Assembly: GCA_029258885.1 (NCBI GenBank)
Contig: JAPDJW010000002.1
Location: forward strand, 352,001 to 416,000
Source of the DNA: Thermoproteota archaeon
GTDB lineage: Archaea > Thermoproteota > Thermoprotei > Thermofilales > B9-G17
Direction of reading: 5' to 3'
Length of the DNA: 64,000 bases
The notes under the pieces are model-generated. The model had not been told where the DNA came from. It saw only the letters and a program-made list of their open reading frames with translations, and ran no database searches. Both the position numbers and the translations under genes were made by a program. This document shows, piece by piece, positions 17,750 to 25,770 of this stretch (its first letter is position 1; the number at the start of each line of letters is the position of its first letter).

Positions 17750-20623
17750 CTATTTGCCCCTCTTCTTCCTCTTCTTCCTCCTCGAAGCTTTCTTCAGCCT
17801 CCTCGCTTCGCTCCTTATGATCTTCTCGGGAGTCAGCCACTTGCTGAGCCACTTGTCCCACTTCTTCAGCAGTGAGAAGCTGAAAACTGCTCCCCCTCTC
17901 CTGAGCTTGAAGGGCGGAGGGGGTAGCTTGAACGATGGAGGAGGCTCGAAGTCTCCTAAGTCTCCAACAGAGATTAGCTCCTCTACTTGAGCTTCTACTT
18001 CTCCCACCACCTCGTCTATTTCAGCAAACACGTTAGTTTCGAGTTCAGTTTTCTGAAGCGAGGTGAGGCTAACTTTAGGAGTTGGGAAAAAGGCGTATTC
18101 CTCTGCGCTCACGCCTCTAACAGCAGGTACGGGTCTCCTAACTTTCTTCTTCCTCTTCTTCAGCTCTAGCTCTAGCTTAGGTATGGAGGAAATAACATCC
18201 CTAAAACTAATTTCGGGTATTTCAGCGCTTATCTCAACCTGAATAGGCGGTATTTGTAGAGATAGAGCCTCCTTTGCCTCCCCCACTTCTACGCCTGATA
18301 TGGAGGGCAGAGCTACGACTGGAATTAAAGTTAGTTCTTTGGCCGCCTTAACCGATATAGGCTTTGCGCTAACTGGGAGGGGGAAGGTTACTTCCTTACC
18401 TAGCTCTGCGTACTTTGAGACAGGAAGTCCTCCAGTTAGCATTTGGGCGTATTCGTCTAGCTGTGCTAACGCCCACTTAGGTTTGAATGCAGTTTTGAAC
18501 GTAGTCTTCACTCCCTCCTCAGCTCCCAAGCCAGCAATCATAGTTTTAAATTCGAAGCTGTATCCTGGCAGAACTCCTTTCTCGAACTTAATCACATATC
18601 TAACGTCCTTTACCGCATCGTCTACATACTCTAAGAATCTGAGGGCGTCGACAGGCGTACCTCCTACCTTCCCCACTCCGGTGTAAATACCCTTTCCTCC
18701 CTCCCTCACGTACCTGTAGAAGCTCTTCCAAAAGTCTTCGCCCATCCAGACCTCTCCCACAGCGAGACACTTGCCGCTAAAGTACTTGTCGTAGGCTAGT
18801 TGAAGCTCAAGTGGAGAATATATCTTTTGAGCGGAAGCAAATTCTTCCGTTGGGAGACGAGACACCCTCCACAGCTTAACTTCTCCCTTGACGATGTCGT
18901 CTATTTCTCCACCTAACTTGATCACTCCCTCGTTGTCTTTTAAGAACTGCTTGTACACGTCTTCGGCTATGTCGTCCCAGTAGGTATATATTCTCCCCTC
19001 TGCTTCGACTAATATGTCTCCCCCTCCTGAGAGCACCCTACCCTTCATCCTAACCTCAGACGGGAACTCTCCGTAATATTTTGTCTCCCTGAGCAGTTTA
19101 TCTGTAATCTCGCCAACTTTCTCCTTAACGAAGGAAAAAACGCTCCTCCTACCGACAAAATAGCTTCCAATCCCCGGGAGCTCTCCCGTTTCAACGTAGT
19201 ACTGGTAGGTACTTGGGAAGACTTTTTTAGCGATTTTTCCTCCAACTTCTTTAGCCTTCCTCACTCCCTTCTCTACCATCGGGATTATTGGGTTCAGGAG
19301 CTCAGCTAGGAGTTCGCCTTGCACGTATTCTCCTAACGCTATTCCGGGAGCCATCCCCGGGTGTTCGACGAATATCGTGCCTAAGTCTAGCGGAACGTTA
19401 TAGCCGAATATAGTTCCCCACGACTCAAAGCTCCTGATAAATCCAGCAGGTATGTTAATGTAGGTGGACACAGGCTTCGGCTCATATCCCGCAAGAACCC
19501 TCGGGAGGTTCCACCAAGTTGCTAACGGAAGAGCAAACGTTAGACCCCATTTTGCTTCACTTCCAAAGGTCTCTCCAATCCAGGCGTCTATGCTTGCTCC
19601 AATGCTTGCTAGTAAACCGCTTATCGTCCTGTCCTGCGTGCTCTCCCGATATTTCTCTTCTAGCCATCGGTTGTATTCGTTTATTTCATTGTTTAAATTG
19701 TTTATGAAATTGTTGAACTCCTCTACCTCCTTATTGAAGGAAGAAGCTATCGCCTCATACTCGCTAACGTGTCTCTGTAGACTGCCAGCGACGTCTTCGT
19801 ACTCGCCCCTTATCTCCCTCATCCTGTTTATTATCCTCCTGTATTCTCTGACGTACTTCTCGTATTTCCTGCCGTATTTTGCGTTTAACTGCCGTAGCCT
19901 CGCTTCATATTCCTCCCTAGTTATCTCTCCGTTCTCGTACATGTCTTTAAGCCTCTCGTATTCATCCACTATAGACATTATCTTCTTCCTGAGAGACATC
20001 GCCTTATTGTATAGCCTCTCGTACTCCTTTCCTAAGCCTTCGAGCCTCTCCTTTTCACGCTTTATATTCTCCTCAAGAGGCTTGAGCTTAAACTCTGTCT
20101 CAGCTTTCTTGCTGACCAGCTCCCCGTACCATTCCATAGCCTTCCTCTTCTTTTCTTCTATCTCCTCAGGCGTAACTGGAGGCTCCTCTACGCCGGAAGG
20201 TATCTCTACTCTACTCCCTCCTCTAATCCTCAGACCCTCTTCCCTATATAAGTCCTCCTCAACCAAATCCTCTATCAAGTCTTCGGGCAGTTCTCCACCA
20301 ATTCCTGCCTCAGTTCCGCCGCCAACTTCACCGGAGCTTGCCTCCTCCTTTCCTCCAAATTGAGGCATCGTAGATGGAACAGGGGGAACGATATCGGACG
20401 GCACCTCGAAGCCCAACATATAGCTAGGAATGAAATCAACCGTAGAAACGTCTCCACTTTCCTTACGTCCTCCCCCGCCTTCCTCAGTCGCAGACGTAGT
20501 TGGATGCACAGTCACTTCTTCGTCTGGAAGGGGAACTTCCTCCTCCTTCCTCTTTTTCTCTTCTTCCTCTTCGCCTGCTCCCGCTGACTCCGCGCCTAAA
20601 GAGAAATATTCTTCGACGGGAAT
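17750..20623 (-). CDS. Large virion-associated-like protein (921 aa from GTG 20515; frame open to ATT 20623)
   Basis: Acidic N-terminus, ~180-aa coiled coil, apolar segment, Pro-rich then Lys/Arg-rich C-terminus; lies between the two capsid-like genes. Confidence 0.7.
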   Translation of the reverse strand: MPVEEYFSLGAESAGAGEEEEEKKRKEEEVPLPDEEVTVHPTTSATEEGGGGRKESGDVSTVDFIPSYMLGFEVPSDIVPPVPSTMPQFGGKEEASSGEVGGGTEAGIGGELPEDLIEDLVEEDLYREEGLRIRGGSRVEIPSGVEEPPVTPEEIEEKKRKAMEWYGELVSKKAETEFKLKPLEENIKREKERLEGLGKEYERLYNKAMSLRKKIMSIVDEYERLKDMYENGEITREEYEARLRQLNAKYGRKYEKYVREYRRIINRMREIRGEYEDVAGSLQRHVSEYEAIASSFNKEVEEFNNFINNLNNEINEYNRWLEEKYRESTQDRTISGLLASIGASIDAWIGETFGSEAKWGLTFALPLATWWNLPRVLAGYEPKPVSTYINIPAGFIRSFESWGTIFGYNVPLDLGTIFVEHPGMAPGIALGEYVQGELLAELLNPIIPMVEKGVRKAKEVGGKIAKKVFPSTYQYYVETGELPGIGSYFVGRRSVFSFVKEKVGEITDKLLRETKYYGEFPSEVRMKGRVLSGGGDILVEAEGRIYTYWDDIAEDVYKQFLKDNEGVIKLGGEIDDIVKGEVKLWRVSRLPTEEFASAQKIYSPLELQLAYDKYFSGKCLAVGEVWMGEDFWKSFYRYVREGGKGIYTGVGKVGGTPVDALRFLEYVDDAVKDVRYVIKFEKGVLPGYSFEFKTMIAGLGAEEGVKTTFKTAFKPKWALAQLDEYAQMLTGGLPVSKYAELGKEVTFPLPVSAKPISVKAAKELTLIPVVALPSISGVEVGEAKEALSLQIPPIQVEISAEIPEISFRDVISSIPKLELELKKRKKKVRRPVPAVRGVSAEEYAFFPTPKVSLTSLQKTELETNVFAEIDEVVGEVEAQVEELISVGDLGDFEPPPSFKLPPPPFKLRRGGAVFSFSLLKKWDKWLSKWLTPEKIIRSEARRLKKASRRKKRKKRGK

Positions 20624-20724
20624 CTACCTCACCCCCACAGGAGCTTCAAAAACACCACCTTAAATTGGAGAGAATTGTTCAAGGGAAAAAATGAAGTTAA
20701 CTCTTCCTGCTGGCTTACTCTTAC

Positions 20725-20991
20725 TTACTCCCTGCCTCCTCCGCCGGCGAGACCCATTAGAAGCCTAAGCATGAATGCCGCAATGATCACCATGAAGGCT
20801 ACGCCTAACAGCGTGAATCCCGTTTGAACGGCGGTTACGAAGTTGTTGTAGGGAGTAGCCCAGTTAGTCCCCGTCAGGTTCATCGAGCTCTCGACTTGTG
20901 CGGCGATGTAGAGGCCGATGACTACTGTACATATTAGTACTACGGCGGCAATCGCTATACCGGCAAGCCCAACCTGACCCTTCCTGTTCAT
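20725..20991 (-). CDS. Putative major capsid protein, spindle-shaped-virus-like helical hairpin
   Basis: MNRKGQ + hydrophobic helix - NLTGTNW loop (N-x-T sequon) - hydrophobic helix - GGGGRE; GAGGTG RBS. Confidence 0.62.
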   Translation of the reverse strand: MNRKGQVGLAGIAIAAVVLICTVVIGLYIAAQVESSMNLTGTNWATPYNNFVTAVQTGFTLLGVAFMVIIAAFMLRLLMGLAGGGGRE

Positions 20992-21325
20992 ACGCTCACA
21001 CCTCTATCTAATGAAAGAGGAAGAAGTATATCAGGGAAATTACATTCACGGCCTATTAGGAGCTAGCTTTGCGGATGCATAACGTTGATTATAATTATAT
21101 TATATTGCTGGGAGGGGTTTGTTATACAACGATCCAACGCCGCCCGCTTCCCCGTCGCCACAGCGGAAGAGGCGCAGAGCACAGAGGGGGAAGGTTTAGC
21201 GGAGAGGTCAGTCATCATCGTAGACTCAGGGAGGGGGTCGAAGTCATCGGTATGATACATCAAATCCCCTACGTTGCGGCGAAAGTGAAATTATCCCTTC
21301 CTCATCGGAGGAAATCCGCCGAGTT

Positions 21326-21697
21326 CTAGAACTCCATCAGCCTCTTAAACTCGTTAGCTGGCAGAATTATAAAATCTTTACCAGCATATTCTGGCGGTAG
21401 ATACTTAAGTACTTCTGCATACTTGTACTTACCTTTCTTTGTAACGAGCTTCGCCCTCACCCTCCAGACTTTCATCGAGCCATCCTTCACTTTCAGCCCA
21501 ATAGGCTTCTTTATCCACTCCTTAACTTCCACTAAAATCTGGTCAGTCCCCTTAACCTCCTTCACGGTGGCATTTACCGCTTTGAACTTATCCTCAAGCA
21601 CTTCATAGACCTCTCTATCCATTATCAGAACTACGGGATCATGTGTGTAACTTATGTAACGTGTGTAACGTTGAAGTAAATGTTTTCTATTTCTCAT
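21326..21697 (-). CDS. Element hypothetical protein; C-terminus weakly resembles a DUF2080/swapped-hairpin domain; real start may be MDREV
   Basis: KLVTKKGKYKYAEVLKYLPPEYAGKDFIIL pattern; downstream of and co-oriented with the helicase. Confidence 0.5.
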   Translation of the reverse strand: MRNRKHLLQRYTRYISYTHDPVVLIMDREVYEVLEDKFKAVNATVKEVKGTDQILVEVKEWIKKPIGLKVKDGSMKVWRVRAKLVTKKGKYKYAEVLKYLPPEYAGKDFIILPANEFKRLMEF

Positions 21698-21742
21698 CTT
21701 ATTTCCTCCTTCAAGCCATATCTACGTCCAAATCAGCCCAAT

Positions 21743-22315
21743 AAATTTGCATTAATTTGTATTGCAAATTTTCTATTTGCATTAATTTGTATTGCAAATT
21801 TTCTTATCTCTTTTTACGTATTTCAGCTCCGATTCTAGCTGGTATGGAAATTTGCAAATTTGCATAGAGGTAGTAGTTAAAGTCCTTCCACGCCGCTGGC
21901 GGTGCGGTAGCGGCCTCACAGTTAAATGAATAATATACTCTCCTCCCTGCTTCTCAATTTTGAAGCGGCTACCTCTGTATTTCTCTAAGAACTCTTTTAT
22001 ATCGGGCTTACTAAATCCAAATTCACTCTCCAGAAACTGGACGAACTCCTTTCCGCTAATTCTCCCTCCCCGCTCTCTAATAAACGCTTCAACCTCTTCA
22101 GCCACAACCTCATAAACAAGATCGTTAAAGGACACCTTTTCTCCCGTTATGGGGTCTACGTATTCTCCTCCAGCCATCTCCCTAACTTTACTTATATCTC
22201 TATGCAAATTTGCAAATTTCCTAATCAGCCCTTTAATGTACTGAATAACGCCTGATACGTCATCTAAATTTGCATTACAACCAAATGCGAATTTTTCTTT
22301 CTCTTTTTGCAAATT
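21743..22315. repeat. Iteron-like cluster (12 exact ATTTGCA/TGCAAAT hits, a perfect 30-bp tandem duplication); putative replication origin
   Basis: 30-mer ATTTGCATTAATTTGTATTGCAAATTTTCT at 21745 and 21775; further hits at 21850-21864, 22203-22217, 22268 and 22308. Confidence 0.7.
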
Positions 22316-23581
22316 GCTCGGAAACTCAGAGACTAGTTTATATGCGGGTCTGTATATGTTTCCCCTCCTACCTCCTCTACCCTCTTTAATCAGGTACCCT
22401 TTATCCACTAAGTCTTCCAGCTTACCGTAGATCGTTCTCCTGCTGTATCCCAGCTTCTCTCCTACAACGTCGAAGACCTGGTTGACGGTAACTCCTTCTC
22501 CGTTTTCGGAACATAAATCTAGGACGACTTGAAGTATGTATCTTTCCTGTTTGGTTAGCTCGAAAATTGAGTGCTCCAGTGCATTATAGCCCAGCCTTAA
22601 AGCAATAGCCAAATCCACCAAATCCGCTCTATCCCTTAAACTCTCTGGCTTCTGGAAGTATCTGCAAATAGCTATTTGCTTTATTAATCCTCCAAGTTTC
22701 AGCGGATACCTCCTGCTCTCAGATCTTTCAGAGGGGATCAAATCCTTCAACTCAGTTGCATAGGGAATTATTGGGTCAACGTCAACCGTAGCTATAATCC
22801 TGAAAGCCTCCTGCCAAACCTTCAGCTCCTTTGCGTCGTGTGGGAGTACATCTTTCTTTCCCTCTAAATGTTTGAGCCACACCTCGATGACCTCCTCTGT
22901 GAATTTGGGGTCGCTAGACAGTTCAATTCTCCACATCCCGCTTTTGAGAGCTGAGCTAATTCTACGTACGTTCGTTGTGGTTATTATCCCTTTAACTGGC
23001 ATTTTCACGACGGCTGTCTCCATCTGCTTTGTTTTCGGGTTCATGTAGGCGTACTCTGAGATGATTCCTCCATCGCTAGTCCTCATCAGTCTGAACTGTC
23101 TCTCCATCTCTCCTACAACTAAATCTATATCAGGGATATACAGTATATCTGCCTCCTTGAGTTCCTCTGAATATCTCATCGCGGCTGGCGTAAAGTAGCC
23201 TCTCTCTATACACTTCACAGCTTTCTTCAAGAGGAACAGAGACATCCTAACCATGCTGTCCTTTCCAGTTCCAGGCTCACCCACAACCTGGATTAAGGTG
23301 ACATAGCCCCTCTTGACAGCCATCAAGAGTATTGGAAGTAATCTCTTGTTGGCCTCCTCTCCTAATATGAAGCGTGGTTTATTCAGCTCTGGAAGTACAA
23401 AGCCATAGCTAAATATTTTTCCCAACTTATAGAAGAAGTCTGGAGACTTAAGCAACTCCTTCGCCTCAGATTCGAGTTCCTTCGCCTCAGATTCGAGTTC
23501 ATACTCAGTCATAAATTCTTCTAGGTCTCCCTCTAACTCCTTACTCTCCTCGCCGTCCTCTACAACCTTACCTCTCTTCAA
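21782..23581 (-). CDS. MCM-like AAA+ ATPase with wHTH; putative replicative helicase/initiator
   Basis: ILGEEANK, Walker A GEPGTGKD, IITTTN sensor-1, ESRRYP region, wHTH LGYSRRTIYGKLEDLVDKGYL. Confidence 0.72.
   Translation of the reverse strand: MKRGKVVEDGEESKELEGDLEEFMTEYELESEAKELESEAKELLKSPDFFYKLGKIFSYGFVLPELNKPRFILGEEANKRLLPILLMAVKRGYVTLIQVVGEPGTGKDSMVRMSLFLLKKAVKCIERGYFTPAAMRYSEELKEADILYIPDIDLVVGEMERQFRLMRTSDGGIISEYAYMNPKTKQMETAVVKMPVKGIITTTNVRRISSALKSGMWRIELSSDPKFTEEVIEVWLKHLEGKKDVLPHDAKELKVWQEAFRIIATVDVDPIIPYATELKDLIPSERSESRRYPLKLGGLIKQIAICRYFQKPESLRDRADLVDLAIALRLGYNALEHSIFELTKQERYILQVVLDLCSENGEGVTVNQVFDVVGEKLGYSRRTIYGKLEDLVDKGYLIKEGRGGRRGNIYRPAYKLVSEFPSNLQKEKEKFAFGCNANLDDVSGVIQYIKGLIRKFANLHRDISKVREMAGGEYVDPITGEKVSFNDLVYEVVAEEVEAFIRERGGRISGKEFVQFLESEFGFSKPDIKEFLEKYRGSRFKIEKQGGEYIIHLTVRPLPHRQRRGRTLTTTSMQICKFPYQLESELKYVKRDKKICNTN
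23457..23500 (-). repeat. 21-bp tandem duplication encoding ELESEAK twice
   Basis: ttcgcctcagattcgagttc at 23460 and 23481. Confidence 0.85.
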
Positions 23582-23888
23582 TCAAATTCACCTCCACAGA
23601 GAACTTCTGACGGAGAAATCGGACGACCTCCACTCCCCTCTCAGTTAAATAATTATAGGTGGCAGGAACCCTTAAGCTCGGATGCATTCTCCGAACCCTA
23701 AACACAAGCCCAGCTTTCTCTAACTGCTTTAGGTAATAGCTTACTTCCCGTCCGCCGAGGAGATTACTTATCTCGCAGGTGTAGAGCGGCTTGTTGGTGA
23801 AGTATAGACAGAGCAGTATCTCTAAGTTCCGCTTACAAAAAACTTTATTAACACGCTCAGCGAACTTCTTTATAAAGTAAGTATTCAT
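23568..23888 (-). CDS. Winged-helix DNA-binding protein of the element
   Basis: EISNLLGGREVSYYLKQLEKAGLV...YNYLTERG wHTH pattern. Confidence 0.75.
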   Translation of the reverse strand: MNTYFIKKFAERVNKVFCKRNLEILLCLYFTNKPLYTCEISNLLGGREVSYYLKQLEKAGLVFRVRRMHPSLRVPATYNYLTERGVEVVRFLRQKFSVEVNLIEER

Positions 23889-23967
23889 ACTATCACCTCC
23901 TGAAGTTCTTCTTTCAATTGGTTAGAATTTGTTCAAATACGGGAAAATTGAAACTTAAACTGCCTTC

Positions 23968-24237
23968 TTATTCCCCTTCCTCACCTTCGCCTTGATTTCC
24001 AGCCACCCTTTTCGCAAGTTCCTCGAACTTCAAGATGGAAATTTTGATGTTCCTCTCCTTCGGCTCACATCTAATGATGGCGAGGTCTCCCTTTTCAAGG
24101 TTTAGAGCTTTCGCTACCTCCATAGGAATTGTAACAGCGTAGCAGGTTCGCAAATACAATATCCGCCTGACGTGTAGCACTTTACCACCTTTAACACAGC
24201 CTTTCAATTGGAATAAATCTCGACTTAACTTCCTCAT
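23968..24237 (-). CDS. AbrB/MazE-like swapped-hairpin regulator of the element
   Basis: YAVTIPMEVAKALNLEKGD motif. Confidence 0.8.
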   Translation of the reverse strand: MRKLSRDLFQLKGCVKGGKVLHVRRILYLRTCYAVTIPMEVAKALNLEKGDLAIIRCEPKERNIKISILKFEELAKRVAGNQGEGEEGE

Positions 24238-24265
24238 AACTTAGTTATTAGTTTACTAAACGGGA

Positions 24266-24273
24266 TATATAAA
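24266..24273 (-). promoter_or_regulatory. TATA box (TTTATATA) of the leftward regulator-helicase operon
   Basis: About 30 nt upstream of ATG 24237; a TTAGT-tt-ACTAA dyad (24248-24259) lies between the box and the start. Confidence 0.55.
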
Positions 24274-24453
24274 ATTAGCGGTGGATGGCAAAAGTGAAAT
24301 TGTATTTAAATTTTCTGGTTCGTGAATTTCCCCTCCGTTTCTCTGGATATTGGATGTTTCCCTCGTTGAAAGCGGCTTGGATCAGCTTTATTTCTGCCGC
24401 GTCCTGTTCTTGTTTCTGGTTAATTCTAAAACTAGCTTTACGTTTTTGAACGC

Positions 24454-24466
24454 ATAGTTGAGACTA
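24454..24466 (+). repeat. attR core ATAGTTGAGACTA
   Basis: Identical to 15413-15425. Confidence 0.92.
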
Positions 24467-25686
24467 TATGTGCATTTTCTAATACACGTGGAGGGATAGT
24501 TCTTGTTGGAGTTAACGATAAGGGTGAAGTCGTAGGAGTCGATGTTAGCAGGAGTACTATAGAGAATCTGGTTTCCAGGATAGCTAGGGAGACAAACCCT
24601 AGGATATATCCTGAGGTGGAGGTTGTAGAGTTTAACGGCAGAAAAGTTATTGTTATAAGGGTTTCCGAATGAACGGATAAGCCAGTATTTGCCTTCGGCG
24701 TAGCCTACAAGAGGGTTGGGAAAAGCAATCTTAAAATGGATAGGGATGAGATACTTAGGCTTTTCAGAGAGTCCCGAAGGATAAGCTTTGAAGACGAGAA
24801 AATATGTACTATAAGTGAGCTCGACTACGGGAAAATTAAAAGCTTTATTGAGAGAGCTTCCGCGTATAGAAGAGCTGTGCTACCCAGCGACCCGAAATCG
24901 GTTCTAGATAACCTCGGCATGTTGCTAAATGATCACATTAATATCGCTGGTCTCCTAGCTTTCGGCAGAAATCCTCAGAAGTATTTTCCGTATGCGTGCA
25001 TAAAGATAGGGAAGTTTGTATCGGGGAGTATTATTTTTGAAAAGGAAATTAAGGGAGATATTATCGAACAGATCGAAAGGGCATATGCTGAGGTATTGAG
25101 TCTTATAAAACGAGAAATTAAGGTTAAAGGATTAAAAAGAGAGGAGGTCTACGAGTATCCGCCTAAGGCTTTGAGGGAAGCCGTAGTTAACGCTGTAGCG
25201 CACAGGGATTACTCGATTAAATCACCTATCTATATAAGGATATACGAGGACAGGATAGAGTTTGAAAATCCCGGAGGATTAATTGATTTAACAGTTGAAG
25301 ACTTAAAGAAGCCTCATAAATCAATACTAAGGAACCCTAAGATAGCGGAAGTACTATATTACTTGGGCTTCATAGAGAAGTGGGGCATAGGTACACTAAT
25401 GATTATTAAAGAGTGTATTTTAAACGGAAACGGCGAGCCAGTATTCGAGTCCAATGGTAGCTTTAAACTTACAATCTTCTCAAGGTACTTTAGCTCATTA
25501 GATCCTGTGGAGCGGAAAATAATTGATTACATTGGGGAGAAGGGCGTAGTTGAAAGAAGGGAAATTCAGGAGCATCTTAAGCTAGCTGAAAGCACGGTTA
25601 GGAAATACCTAATTAAGCTTAGGCTAAGAGGCTTAATAGTTAAAATTGGAAGGGGAAAGAGGACGGTTTATAAGCTTGCGCTTTAA
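24454..25686 (+). pseudogene. 3' part of the Schlafen/AlbA_2 + HATPase_c_4 + wHTH gene, with in-frame TGA at 24670-24672
   Basis: IVETICAFSNTRGGIVLVGVNDKG...VSE*TDKP...YKRVG runs in frame into ORF 24736-25686 (ALREAVVNAVAHRDYS, ENPGG, RNPKIA, EKWGIG, C-terminal wHTH). Confidence 0.9.
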
Positions 25687-25770
25687 AATTTTAAATTGCT
25701 TGCTGTATTTTGTCCTTTTTCGTTTAACGTTTAGCAGATATTTATTAACTAGTTTTATAATAGTTTTCTC

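Larger units (their letters stand above)
15413..24466. mobile_element. Integrated 9,041-bp element, probable provirus with spindle-shaped-virus-type capsid proteins
   Basis: 13-bp flanking direct repeats that split a host ORF in frame; integrase next to attL; resolvase, helicase, capsid-like and regulator genes inside. Confidence 0.88.

Noticed and set aside
21076-21086. 11-bp match (AACGTTATGCA) between the capsid promoter region and 15290-15300, plus TAACGTT at 21666
   Set aside because: Short, AT-rich and picked post hoc; hits of this size are expected by chance.
17322-21329. Extra ORFs at 17322-17861, 17754-20694 (+ strand set), 21063-21263 and 21069-21329
   Set aside because: Antisense or alternate-frame shadows of real genes, or low-complexity translations with no RBS or motif.
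21745-21804. 30-bp repeat as a CRISPR mini-array
   Set aside because: The two copies are directly adjacent with no spacer, overlap a stop codon, and no cas genes are present.
24670-24672. Selenocysteine or readthrough at the in-frame TGA
   Set aside because: The position is not a Cys-type catalytic site, no SECIS-like element is evident, and the gene is already split; a nonsense mutation is simpler.
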